From Verrucomicrobiota bacterium (GTDB lineage: Bacteria; Verrucomicrobiota; Verrucomicrobiia; Limisphaerales; CANJXF01), in NCBI GenBank assembly GCA_038214755.1, contig JBBQRQ010000062.1, positions 1 to 29,124 on the forward strand: a stretch of DNA of 29,124 nucleotides, read 5' to 3'. Shown in pieces: positions 18,548 to 27,663 of the stretch. Each line of letters begins with the position of its first letter. The stretch's first letter is position 1. The notes under the pieces are model-generated. The model saw nothing but the letters and a program-made list of their open reading frames with translations. It made no database searches and was not told the DNA's origin. The position numbers and the translations under genes were made by a program.

Positions 18548-20479
18548 TTATCGAATCCAACTTGTAATCAATAGTCGTGGTGCCAATTTCCATTCCGCGC
18601 CAGTCCAAAACTCCGCCGTGCCTTCCGAATTCAAACGCGCTCCGACTCCGACGGAACGCAACGTGGCGACGTAGATGCGCTCAAAACCTTTTTCATCAGT
18701 GATTCGATTTTTCCAAATAATCTCAATGCCAGTTGATAAATGTGCTGCCGACATTCGGTCGACAGAAAGTAGGGCAGGCGTCTCGCCTGTCCGGGAAAGT
18801 AGGGTGGGCGTCTCGCCTGCCCGCGAGGATGAGGGATTGGACTGAACAGGCGGGACGCCCGTCCTACTTTGAAGACTAATGGTCACGCGCTCGCGTAAAT
18901 TTCTCACCACAATTTCCGCCGCTTCTTCGGGGCTGTTTTCTTTGCGGATGCGCGGATAAAAGAATTCCCACAATGGACGCCGCCAATCCAATTCCTCAGC
19001 GGTAGGATGCATCACTCCGTGCGCGCCGGGACTCTCAACGGTAGGGCGCGTCAGTCCGTGCGCGCCGCTCTTAGCGGATTGAGTCCCGGCGCGCACCGAG
19101 TGACGCGCCCTACCTTCATCGTCCGGGTCAATCATCGGCGAAAGCACATAGTCATTGTAAATCTCCTTATCCACTTTCCAGTTGATCAGTTCATACACGC
19201 AATAATTGGCCAGCTCGACGTGCGTCAGCAAAGTCTTGAGTCGTTGACCGCGCCAATATGATTTGGCGGCAAGCGTTTCAAAATCTTCTTTCCATTTGGG
19301 CGGGATCAAAAACTTGCGCGCGATTTTTAAGGTGGTTTCGTTCACGGCAAATCGTGGCGTGCCGAGATGAATGGCCGTATCCGCAATGGCGAGTGTTGCC
19401 AGAATAATGGCGGTCATGCGTAAGGCGATTTCCCATTTGTTTAACTTTGATTGTAGCGGCGCGTCTATGACCGCCGTTGAACGAGTGTCTGGCGCGACGC
19501 CAGCCACGGCACGCGGGACGCGCGCGCTCCCCTTCCGCAAATAAAACCAAAAGGCTGCCCACGCGAAAGCTGGTGCAATACAGAGTAGGAAAGGAAAATC
19601 TTTCGTCACTGGAAACTCCGGCAACGGATGTTCCGGCGTGAGTTGCGCTTTGATGTATTCGCCGACATTACGGATGACCACCGCGCGATCCGCATCGAAC
19701 GCATGACTTTTGCCGGGAAGAATTTTTAATTCAGTAGAGATTCCGTTTGTTCGGAAAAATGCGGCGACTTGTTTCGCTTCGGCGACCGGAAAGATTTCAT
19801 CATTCTGACCGTGAACCAATAAAACGTGAGTTTTAAGTTTTAAGTTTTCAGTTTTAAGCTCTGCGAGAGGTTGCGAGCCACCCGCGAGCCGAACATAAAG
19901 TTGTGGTTGAGTTTCAGGATGGTTCAGAAGAAATCTTAAAGTTCTCTCCGCGCCTAAGCTGAACCCCACCCAACACTCTGGATTTTGCATTCCGCGCTCC
20001 GCATTCCGCGTTCCGCGTTTGGATAGTTCCGCGTTTCCTGCTGCCCATTTCCTTACTGCCTTAAACTGTTCATCAAACGCCGCCTCATTCGTCTGATTAT
20101 ATTCAATCGCGACCGCCGCCATGCCGAGTTCCGCCAATTGCCGCAACTCATTCCCGCAATTGATTAAATCCCCGCCCGAACCATAAACATAATAAACAAC
20201 TGGCAAAGTGCGCTGATGTTTGCGGTCTTCATGTTGAGTGACTTTGGACTTTGGACTTTGAACTTTGAACTTTTCCCGCACCGGCAACACCGCCACTCCT
20301 TTGACCTTCCCATAATGAGACGTCTTAACCGTGAACCAAATCCGCTCAAACGGATCGCGCGACTTCGCCCAAATCATCGAGCCGAAAAAAGCCAGGGAAA
20401 TAAACAACCAGAAGCCCGCGTCTTTGCTTGCGAGAAATTTTCGCCAGTTCATTTGCCGCCAGCGAAGGAGATTGCTCAC
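18548..20479 (-). CDS. Membrane protein: alpha/beta hydrolase domain plus transglutaminase-like C-terminal domain, with multiple in-frame repeat insertions
   Basis: GFSLG nucleophile elbow, HGQNDE and GKSH; TM segments; C-terminal YVLSP..WR....YVATLRSVGVGARL...EFWTG.EW resembles a transglutaminase-like core but lacks Cys. Confidence 0.65.
   Translation of the reverse strand: MSNLLRWRQMNWRKFLASKDAGFWLFISLAFFGSMIWAKSRDPFERIWFTVKTSHYGKVKGVAVLPVREKFKVQSPKSKVTQHEDRKHQRTLPVVYYVYGSGGDLINCGNELRQLAELGMAAVAIEYNQTNEAAFDEQFKAVRKWAAGNAELSKRGTRNAERGMQNPECWVGFSLGAERTLRFLLNHPETQPQLYVRLAGGSQPLAELKTENLKLKTHVLLVHGQNDEIFPVAEAKQVAAFFRTNGISTELKILPGKSHAFDADRAVVIRNVGEYIKAQLTPEHPLPEFPVTKDFPFLLCIAPAFAWAAFWFYLRKGSARVPRAVAGVAPDTRSTAVIDAPLQSKLNKWEIALRMTAIILATLAIADTAIHLGTPRFAVNETTLKIARKFLIPPKWKEDFETLAAKSYWRGQRLKTLLTHVELANYCVYELINWKVDKEIYNDYVLSPMIDPDDEGRARHSVRAGTQSAKSGAHGLTRPTVESPGAHGVMHPTAEELDWRRPLWEFFYPRIRKENSPEEAAEIVVRNLRERVTISLQSRTGVPPVQSNPSSSRAGETPTLLSRTGETPALLSVDRMSAAHLSTGIEIIWKNRITDEKGFERIYVATLRSVGVGARLNSEGTAEFWTGAEWKLAPRLLITSWIR
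18742..18870. repeat. Intragenic REP cluster (AAAGTAGG..GCGTCTCGCCTG family)
   Basis: Direct copies at 18766-18791 and 18796-18821, an inverted copy at 18846-18870 and a hairpin at 18742-18767. Related to the intergenic pair at 10277-10377. Confidence 0.85.
19001..19114. repeat. Intragenic REP triplet (GGTAGGGCGCGTCACTCCGTGCGCGCCG family)
   Basis: Direct copies at 19001-19028 and 19040-19067, inverted copy at 19087-19114. Confidence 0.85.
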
Positions 20480-20964
20480 GGGCGGACAACAGCAGTTTCA
20501 TTCGACAAAGCGGAAGCCTCCTTTTTGTGTGTTTCTCTCCGAAGCAGAATGAAAAATAAAATACTTCCAAGCCAAAGGTAGGCGGTGACGAATGCCAGCA
20601 GAAAGTTCATCACACCCGTTGAAACGCCGAAATTCCAAGCCATTGTGTCATAATACGCGCCAATCGTCTTCACTCCGAAGTAAAGCAGAGCCAATCGGTA
20701 TAGAAGCAGAGTCGAGGTAAACCACAAAACAGAAATGATTTTGAAATCCGTTTCCTTAAAAAACAGGCAAACCGTGGCGACCAGAACCTCTAGCCCCGCA
20801 AGCACCCAGAAAACATGGCGCGTGGAAATACCGAACACAGGATCGACCGGCTGTAGCACGTTCTCCCCTTGATTTCCGATTATATGCAGCATCGCCATGG
20901 CAATCAGCAGCAACCCTGCGGATAAACTAAATCGTTGAATGAATCTTGAAATCATGATGCCCAA
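20476..20964 (-). CDS. MauE/DoxX-like membrane protein lacking the CxC motif
   Basis: Four hydrophobic helices. DPVFG, LE..VA..C and W......YR align with 25082-25621, but the CSCLG position reads KTIGAYY. Confidence 0.6.
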   Translation of the reverse strand: MGIMISRFIQRFSLSAGLLLIAMAMLHIIGNQGENVLQPVDPVFGISTRHVFWVLAGLEVLVATVCLFFKETDFKIISVLWFTSTLLLYRLALLYFGVKTIGAYYDTMAWNFGVSTGVMNFLLAFVTAYLWLGSILFFILLRRETHKKEASALSNETAVVRP

Positions 20965-20967
20965 AGT

Positions 20968-22678
20968 TTAATTGCGCGACAGGAAGTCCGCCATTTCTTC
21001 CACTTTAGCTCCTTCGGTTGTCCTGGACCATGAGGTATGGCGGGCGTTCGGGTAAATTATAACTCGCGTGGCTATGCCGTGCCGTGCGGACTCATCCAGA
21101 TAAGGTGGAATTCGCTGGCGTGCTTTAGGGTCTTTCTCTCCTATTTGAATCAGCATCGTGGATATTTTGGTTTTCAACACGTCGGGTAATCCCTCTGGAC
21201 TTTGCATCACCACACCTTTCCATAAGTCCGGCCTTTCCGCGGCCAGATGGCTGATAGGATCAGTTTCCGCGCTGAATCCAAGGAGAAAAACCCGGCTAAG
21301 GTCAATGTGCGGATCTTTCGCCAACTCTTTATAGGCGGTCATCACATCAGATTCCCAGGTGTCAATTCCCTCCTCCCAACTTTTCCGGTTGATTGCCAAA
21401 AAATAATACCCAGCACAAGCTGCCATGTTTGGGTAGGGAGTCCAGCGATACGGAGTTTGGGTCAGAATCAACGGATACTTGCGTCCGGATGGAAGAGTCG
21501 TCGGTCGCCAGAGTTGACCTATTATCTCCTCATTTCCGTTACTAATCACTACTGAGCTATGGGTAATCGTCTTTGCAAAACTGAATGGCCTTTCGGTGGG
21601 CCGAACCACGCAACGCGTGTCATGGCTTGTTAAATCATGCTCCCAAATTCCCGATGGTTCAATTCCTTCGCTGCCGAAAATAAATAACCGGTCCTGCCTA
21701 TCCCTGAATTCTATAACATCTCCTTCGGAAAAAATTTGCGTAAATGCAGCGGAACCGTCCGGGCTGACATACAGCGTATGTCCCCAATGATCAGCCACCT
21801 TAAAAGCATATCCTTTTCCTTGGTTCCCAGTTTAAGCTCTCCACCTCGGGAAGATTGATCTGGTTTAAAACTTCAAATGCTCCCGTTGCCGGATGGTAAC
21901 TGCCAATCTGATAGCTATTGTCCTTGTTTCGTGCGCTGATGATCAGTTTTTCGTTGTCAGGAGAATAGGAGAAGCTCACCAGATCGTTGGTCTTTGGTTG
22001 CCAAAGTTTCACTGGCGCATTGGTCAACAAGCTCCACTTCCAGATTGCGCCGTCCTGCTTCCAAGCCAGCGTCGTTGGAGAAATGGCGGTGAAGTGCGTG
22101 ATGGCCCTGCGAGAAAGTTTCGTCAACGCCCCGCTCTTGACCCAGCGACCATTTCCCACACGACTCACCACGTGAAGGTGGTTGCTGTTATTACGATAGG
22201 CGAATGAACTGGGGGTCAGCCAACAAAACTCCTGAACATAACCCAAAGCCGTCGGGGAGGCATTGGTCGTCCCATCGCGGGCATTGCATAACACGATCTT
22301 TTGCTTAGAGCCTTTGATCGGTTTGGCGTAGGCGCAAAACTGGTCATCCGGCGACCACACCAAAAGCGAGAGACTCCCGCTAAGAACCTGACTTTCGGCC
22401 ACCTCGAAAAGTTTCTGTTTTCTTACCGTCACGAGATTCATCAAATAAACACCGACGCCTTTCTCCGTGCTTTGCGCGTACAAGAGTTGATCCCCTACAT
22501 GATTGGGAATGGGATGGTTGACGATCTTGACCGCGGAAGCCAGTTCCCGGGCGATCCGATGAATATGCCCGGCCTTGGCATAGACGCCCAGCCGCCAACC
22601 GAGAACCAACAGGATAATACAGAGCGCGTAAACCAGGTTTTTCCCTCGCGATGGTTCCCATGACTTTTGCGCATTCAT
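20968..22678 (-). CDS. S9/prolyl-oligopeptidase-like protein (beta-propeller plus alpha/beta hydrolase), split by a +1 frameshift near 21827
   Basis: N-terminal TM and WSPDD/YSPDN propeller repeats. C-terminal KYPLIL, ID.SRVFLLGFSAE, GEKD and YPNARH. The downstream frame is open upstream as NQGKGYAFKVADHW. Span 1711 = 570 codons + 1. Confidence 0.7.
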
Positions 22679-22682
22679 ATTT

Positions 22683-23447
22683 TCATTTCGACGTTTTGGG
22701 CATGGCAAAATCCTGCGAAATACTTCGCACGGACAACCATTGCCTTTGCGGCACCCACCTCGCATGGCCATCACAGAAATTCATGTTGCCGCCATCGGCT
22801 TGATGGTTGTCATCCTTCCAATCAGGATAGTTATTTTTATCTTTCGGATCGGTTGAATCGTCCGCGTCCGTCATCAAAAGAATGTCGGATGCGCTCACCT
22901 TTCTATGCTCCCTTTCCGGCGCGGCGCGCAGAAGAGTGTGACTGGCGATTGATTGAGTTGTTTTCTTCGGCCCCTCATCGCCACTAAACAGCCCGAAGGT
23001 CTCATAGCTAAGCCCTTCTTCTTTTCTCCTTTTTGCAATGAATACCATGCCGCGAGGCACCTTTTTACCGTCCGGCTTGGCGATGGTGTTGTTCAGGTTG
23101 ATAAAATGCTCGGTGCTGGGGCAGAGGAAACTTTTTACATTGGCAATTTGGGAAGGCCAGAGCCAAGTGAGATCGTCATCTCTGCTATCCCTGTCCCAGA
23201 AATCATTCTGAATCTCCATACACCAGGTTGCGCCCGTTAGGTTGCCTTCATTATCCGTTGCATACATCTGGCTGCCGAGACCAAGTTGTTTCAAGTTATT
23301 CAGGCAAGAGATACGATGCGCACGTTCCTTCGCCTTACTTAACGTGGGCAGAAGGAGCGCCGCAAGAATTCCAATAATTGCAACCACCACCAGCAATTCA
23401 ATCAAAGTGAATGCTTTCTGGGATACAATAGAGGTTTCGTTTTTCAT
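22683..23447 (-). CDS. Prepilin-type N-terminal cleavage/methylation protein with H-X9-DG motif (DUF1559-like)
   Basis: [37 protein letters not shown] and [13 protein letters not shown]. Confidence 0.92.
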   Translation of the reverse strand: MKNETSIVSQKAFTLIELLVVVAIIGILAALLLPTLSKAKERAHRISCLNNLKQLGLGSQMYATDNEGNLTGATWCMEIQNDFWDRDSRDDDLTWLWPSQIANVKSFLCPSTEHFINLNNTIAKPDGKKVPRGMVFIAKRRKEEGLSYETFGLFSGDEGPKKTTQSIASHTLLRAAPEREHRKVSASDILLMTDADDSTDPKDKNNYPDWKDDNHQADGGNMNFCDGHARWVPQRQWLSVRSISQDFAMPKTSK

Positions 23448-25054
23448 GCCAGAGTCCCACTTTGAACCTTAAACGTGGTACCTTGAACTTTATTCTGCGC
23501 CTCACTTTGAACATTAAACTTTAAACTTTGAACTCCGTGCTCGGAGCCAAGTTCAAGCAGAATCCAAAACGTCGCGCCAGTTGCCAGTTTGAATAACCCG
23601 CCGTCAAAGAAGAACCCGACCAGTAACACAATCGCCCCCGCACGACAGGTAATCCGCAGCCAGTTCTCTTCTGAACACTGAAAACTGAAAACTGAAAACT
23701 TTCCCCCTTTCGATGTTGAATGTTCAATGTTGGATGTTCGATGTTCCCTTGTTCCTCGCAACGACAAGTAGAGATACGCTACAAAACATGCCAACGCCGG
23801 AATGCCCAGGGTAGTTCCCAATGTGAAATAATCATTCATCTGAATCGCCATCCCTTCATCGACTTTCTGTGCGCGATAAAAACGATCATAGATAGGCTCC
23901 GGCTGATTCCAACCGAAGCCGAACCACGGCTTGTCGGCGATCATTTGCAACGCGCCTTCATACGCCGAAAGCCGTTTGCGCCAAGAAAAGTCATTTGCGT
24001 TTGCCACTGATAAAGCCCTTCGCGCCGTGGCATATTCCGCGTGACGAAAGTTCAACAATGCCAGCGCGCCTATTGAAACAAGGATTAGCGCGAGTGGAAT
24101 CCATCGTCTCTGAATGAACCCGATGTAGCGTCGAGGCTGTGCCTCGAAAATCCTGCCAACCCGTCGAGCCACAGGCTCGAAGCTACATCTGACGAATTGA
24201 TAAATCAGAAATGAAATTCCGATGAAGGCCCCGAGCCACGCCCCACGACTGTAACTTTTTACAAGCCCAACCAACATCACTCCCGCCGCCGCAAAGAAGA
24301 AAATCACTTTGATCGAAATCCAGGCGCGAGAAGCCCATATTCGATGTTCAACGTTCGATGTTGGATGTTCGATGTTCCCGCCTTCTAACTCCTGACTCCT
24401 GACTCTTGACTCCGTTCCCCAATTTTGAACCTTAAACCTCAAACCTTGAACCAGCGCGCCGAGCGCGAGCGCAATTCCAACCGCCATCAGCATCCCAAAC
24501 GAATTCGGATTATCCCATACCCCAGCCGACCGCTGTTTCCCTCGATAGTGAAAATCTTGAAAAGCCTCAATACCGAGTACCGTTCCCAGAATGAATAGTG
24601 TCACAAATATTCCAATCGACTTGGCGAGCACATCCGCGCTTTTATGATGTTGCCAACCGCGCCACACTAATGCACCACTGCCAAGCGCCGCTCCACCGAG
24701 CAGCACGAGCGCTTGTGTGCTGCCCGATGCCGATGCGTAGTTAAAGGAAAATGCCAGACTTACCAGCGCAAGCATGAGCGTAAGCCAGAGGCCGGGATTA
24801 AAGCCTCGCAAAAACAATGGCTTTGCTCTATGCTGTTGCACGAGCCTGAATCCAACGAAATAGACGCCCAAGCAAACGAATACCACCCATTGCGTGGACG
24901 TATCGCGAAAAACGGCGACCAGTTCTGCCACAAAAGAGTAAAAAAACTGCGGGGCATGAGCGACTGGCGAACCGGCAACTAGGCAGAGTGCCAGCAACCC
25001 TACCACTCCTGTTAGCCACAGAGCTTCACCGAAAAATCGAGCGTTGCGTTTCAC
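23444..25054 (-). CDS. O-antigen ligase / O-oligosaccharyltransferase-like polytopic membrane protein (Wzy_C) with in-frame heptamer insertions
   Basis: R..G...[15 protein letters not shown]......[12 protein letters not shown] and N.Y..L....GI motifs; many TM helices. Confidence 0.78.
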   Translation of the reverse strand: MKRNARFFGEALWLTGVVGLLALCLVAGSPVAHAPQFFYSFVAELVAVFRDTSTQWVVFVCLGVYFVGFRLVQQHRAKPLFLRGFNPGLWLTLMLALVSLAFSFNYASASGSTQALVLLGGAALGSGALVWRGWQHHKSADVLAKSIGIFVTLFILGTVLGIEAFQDFHYRGKQRSAGVWDNPNSFGMLMAVGIALALGALVQGLRFKVQNWGTESRVRSQELEGGNIEHPTSNVEHRIWASRAWISIKVIFFFAAAGVMLVGLVKSYSRGAWLGAFIGISFLIYQFVRCSFEPVARRVGRIFEAQPRRYIGFIQRRWIPLALILVSIGALALLNFRHAEYATARRALSVANANDFSWRKRLSAYEGALQMIADKPWFGFGWNQPEPIYDRFYRAQKVDEGMAIQMNDYFTLGTTLGIPALACFVAYLYLSLRGTREHRTSNIEHSTSKGGKFSVFSFQCSEENWLRITCRAGAIVLLVGFFFDGGLFKLATGATFWILLELGSEHGVQSLKFNVQSEAQNKVQGTTFKVQSGTLA

Positions 25055-25081
25055 TTGACAACACGCTGTCTGCGAACAGAC

Positions 25082-25621
25082 TTAAATTTTAGGGGCAGCT
25101 TCCGAAACTGGCGCGAGATACTGCCGATCAGCGCTCAATCTGTTCTGCCACCAATGTGTAATCAGCAGGCCGTAACTTCCGATTAGCAGATAGGCCAAGA
25201 TGGCCTTCATGACATTATCTGCCGTTTGAGGCGGGATATGGAGGGCGTCCGTGAGATTGCCGAGACAACTACACGGACGGTGCCAATCCATCCACCATAA
25301 GCCGAGACGATACACCACAAAGGTGGTGGAAAGCCATGCCACTAATCCCAATGCTAGAGTTTGTCGCTTCGTAAAAAAACAGGTTAGCGCAATCGCGATT
25401 TCAACCACCCCAACCGCCCATATTAATTGACCAAATTTAACTCCGATGATAGGATCATTCACAGCTAGGAACTTGGAGTCGCCCAATCCACTCCAGATCT
25501 TCGCAGCCCCGGTTATGATCAAGATCACCCCTGCGCCCCAGGCAAACGATTTTAGAAATACATTCTTTGCTCCCTTTCCTGGATCGACTTTGCTCCCCAC
25601 ATTTTGTATTACCCTAGTCAT
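25082..25621 (-). CDS. MauE/DoxX-family redox-associated membrane protein
   Basis: TGAAK, DPIIG, VEI, and a CSCLG (CxCxG) loop between TM3 and TM4. Confidence 0.75.
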   Translation of the reverse strand: MTRVIQNVGSKVDPGKGAKNVFLKSFAWGAGVILIITGAAKIWSGLGDSKFLAVNDPIIGVKFGQLIWAVGVVEIAIALTCFFTKRQTLALGLVAWLSTTFVVYRLGLWWMDWHRPCSCLGNLTDALHIPPQTADNVMKAILAYLLIGSYGLLITHWWQNRLSADRQYLAPVSEAAPKI

Positions 25622-25657
25622 GCTTTGCGCGGGTGTAATAATTACGACTCTGCGTTT

Positions 25658-26110
25658 CTAGGAACAGGCATCGGCCCCAGGTGCAGTGGTCCCAGGGACA
25701 ACGGTCCACGTTCCGAAGGTAGGGCATCCGCAGCTACTTAGAGGTAATAGAGAAATTCCACAAGCAGAGGATTCCACCTTGCTGGTGCAACCCCCCGCTG
25801 GAGGATTGCACTTTGATAGCCCGCCAACACAATCGTGACATGAGGTGTAGGCCAATCTATTACATGATCCAGTACACGTGCCAGAGGCGGTTGTGCAGGG
25901 AGTGGGACCGGAAGGAAACGCGGTACCATTGCCGCGAGTAACACACCATTCCCAAGAACCTTCTTGAGCAACGGAAAAAAGGCTGGTCGTCACCAAGATA
26001 AAAGTGACTGCTATGCCCTTTTTCACCAGATCCAAGGTTCGATTGCTCAAAGCTAGAGGTCTGATTGAGTCATTATTATTCATACGTGTTCCTGTGTTTT
26101 GTGTTTTCAT
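25658..26110 (-). CDS. Secreted cysteine-rich small protein 2 (12 Cys)
   Basis: KK plus hydrophobic signal ending SVA, then a ~100-aa G/T/S/P-rich region with 12 Cys, the last penultimate. Alternative starts at 26110 and 26083. Confidence 0.8.
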   Translation of the reverse strand: MKTQNTGTRMNNNDSIRPLALSNRTLDLVKKGIAVTFILVTTSLFSVAQEGSWEWCVTRGNGTAFPSGPTPCTTASGTCTGSCNRLAYTSCHDCVGGLSKCNPPAGGCTSKVESSACGISLLPLSSCGCPTFGTWTVVPGTTAPGADACS

Positions 26111-26134
26111 GCGTGTTCCTGTGTTTTGTGTTTT
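26081..26134. repeat. 27-bp tandem duplication containing RBS and start codon
   Basis: Minus strand reads AAAACACAAAACACAGGAACACGCATG AAAACACAAAACACAGGAACACGTATG (1 mismatch). Confidence 0.9.
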
Positions 26135-27195
26135 TTCAGTTTCCAGAAGAAAAGCAAAGTTGAAGTTAGGAGGAAGAATAGAACCGCAGAGCGTACAACT
26201 TTTGGATTTGCAACCTTGGTAATATGGTTCCGATTGACAAATGCTTTCTGTTTCTTTTCGTTAAAAAGACGGAGGAGCACTGGGTTTGTCGCGGCTATCC
26301 AATGAAAATTCGTTACCGAATAAGAGATCTCGTCCACTCCGGCGACCGCATCACTAAATCGATAATCCCCTATGCTGTATCTGCCAAGTGACTCCGGAAA
26401 CGGACTAAAATCACCGACTTCTTCCAAGGACTCGACTATTCCTTGATATCGTTGGACTGGAAACGAGCCTTGAGGGGAGTGAGCGTACACTGACAAAGAA
26501 AACTCTTTCGGAAAAACTGATTCATTCCAATTGGTGGCTTGTCCCACCCTATATTCAGCATCTACAACTCCGTCGGTTACATTATTTAATGCCTCCTTAA
26601 TTACGTCATCCTTAACCGCATGTGAAAGAAAAGAACTGGTTTTCAATGCCGAAACTGAAACCTTCGCTTGAATAAAGTCTAAAGCAGAGGGCAAGAAACC
26701 AGCTCCATCGAGCCAGGTAACGTTTGTAAGCTTGAGAGCGCAACTGAAAGGATTTTGGAAAGGCATATTCCATAACGCTGGAAGAATCGCGCCGGATCGG
26801 ACCAAATTCGTATCGGTCGCCAGTGCAAGCCATATCACACGAGTAATGGGTTCTGAGTGACAGGGATAGCTGAAAGGCGTGATCACGGCAACGTTTCCAT
26901 TCTTAATAGTTTCGGGGAAATCGACAGGGCTAAATTCGAGCACTGAACAAAGCTCCTTCCCATCAAATCCGCATAACTCGGTGAATCCAGTACCATATTG
27001 AACCCGCATCTGCCAAATTTTACCCCACAGTTTAACTTCGAATGGAGCCCTGAAGTTATGTTGCACTGTGCCTAGTCGATCTAACGTTTGGACGACAATA
27101 GTGCCACGAACCATAGCCTTTTCCGTCGCGGTTGCAGCTTTTGTCAGAAGCACAAAAGCAAAACTGCTCAGGAAAATTCCGACACATAATTTCAT
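26107..27195 (-). CDS. Exported protein with C-terminal membrane anchor (cassette partner 2)
   Basis: Signal peptide, C-terminal TM plus basic tail; shares ordered motifs with 27664-28767. Confidence 0.75.
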   Translation of the reverse strand: MKLCVGIFLSSFAFVLLTKAATATEKAMVRGTIVVQTLDRLGTVQHNFRAPFEVKLWGKIWQMRVQYGTGFTELCGFDGKELCSVLEFSPVDFPETIKNGNVAVITPFSYPCHSEPITRVIWLALATDTNLVRSGAILPALWNMPFQNPFSCALKLTNVTWLDGAGFLPSALDFIQAKVSVSALKTSSFLSHAVKDDVIKEALNNVTDGVVDAEYRVGQATNWNESVFPKEFSLSVYAHSPQGSFPVQRYQGIVESLEEVGDFSPFPESLGRYSIGDYRFSDAVAGVDEISYSVTNFHWIAATNPVLLRLFNEKKQKAFVNRNHITKVANPKVVRSAVLFFLLTSTLLFFWKLKKHKTQEHA

Positions 27196-27381
27196 GTTTT
27201 TATAGGCTTTACTGTTCGGTCAAAAGCTTGAGCTAATTCCGCTTGCGCCAAATTCAACTTCTTTAGTTCTTTCTGAAATATCCATCCCGCCTTTTCCGGT
27301 TTTAGAACGCTCTCCCGATTTGCGTCGATACTCGGTTGACCTCTTTACTTATAATTACTCAAGGCTGACCTCTTTCCCAAT

Positions 27382-27651
27382 TCAAATGCACGAGGGACCT
27401 GGACCACACACACCACTGACCGGCGGTTTACAAGTGGTTTTTGGGGTGCAGGTACCTGAAGGTGCATCAACACAACCTATGGTTGTACAAGTCGTTTTGG
27501 TGCAACTAGTAGGGCAGTTCCTCGTCTCCGGCTGAGTGAGCGTAAATGGTGTGCCGGGTTTTTTTCCTTCGACTGCCATAATTTGTAACGCCAGTAAAAC
27601 CATGCTTGCGATCAAGCATGCCAATATTGTTTTTATTCTTTTGTTTTTCAT
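27382..27651 (-). CDS. Secreted cysteine-rich peptide 1 (8 Cys in mature part)
   Basis: MKNKRIK plus hydrophobic signal ending IMA; predicted 63-aa mature peptide with 8 Cys and 14 Thr, last Cys penultimate. Confidence 0.8.
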   Translation of the reverse strand: MKNKRIKTILACLIASMVLLALQIMAVEGKKPGTPFTLTQPETRNCPTSCTKTTCTTIGCVDAPSGTCTPKTTCKPPVSGVCGPGPSCI

Positions 27652-27663
27652 AGCTTTAATCTG

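Noticed and set aside
18252..18674. 140-aa ORF as a complete gene
   Set aside because: Only 18321-18527 is RecN-like; the tail is the antisense of the convergent gene.
25082..25621. Methylamine utilisation (mau) pathway
   Set aside because: No mauA/B/D/G-like genes are in the window; only a MauE-like membrane domain is present.
25658..27651. Lanthipeptide, sactipeptide or ranthipeptide precursors
   Set aside because: The peptides have Sec-type signals rather than RiPP leaders, and no LanB/C/M, radical SAM, YcaO or peptidase-ABC exporter gene is in the window.
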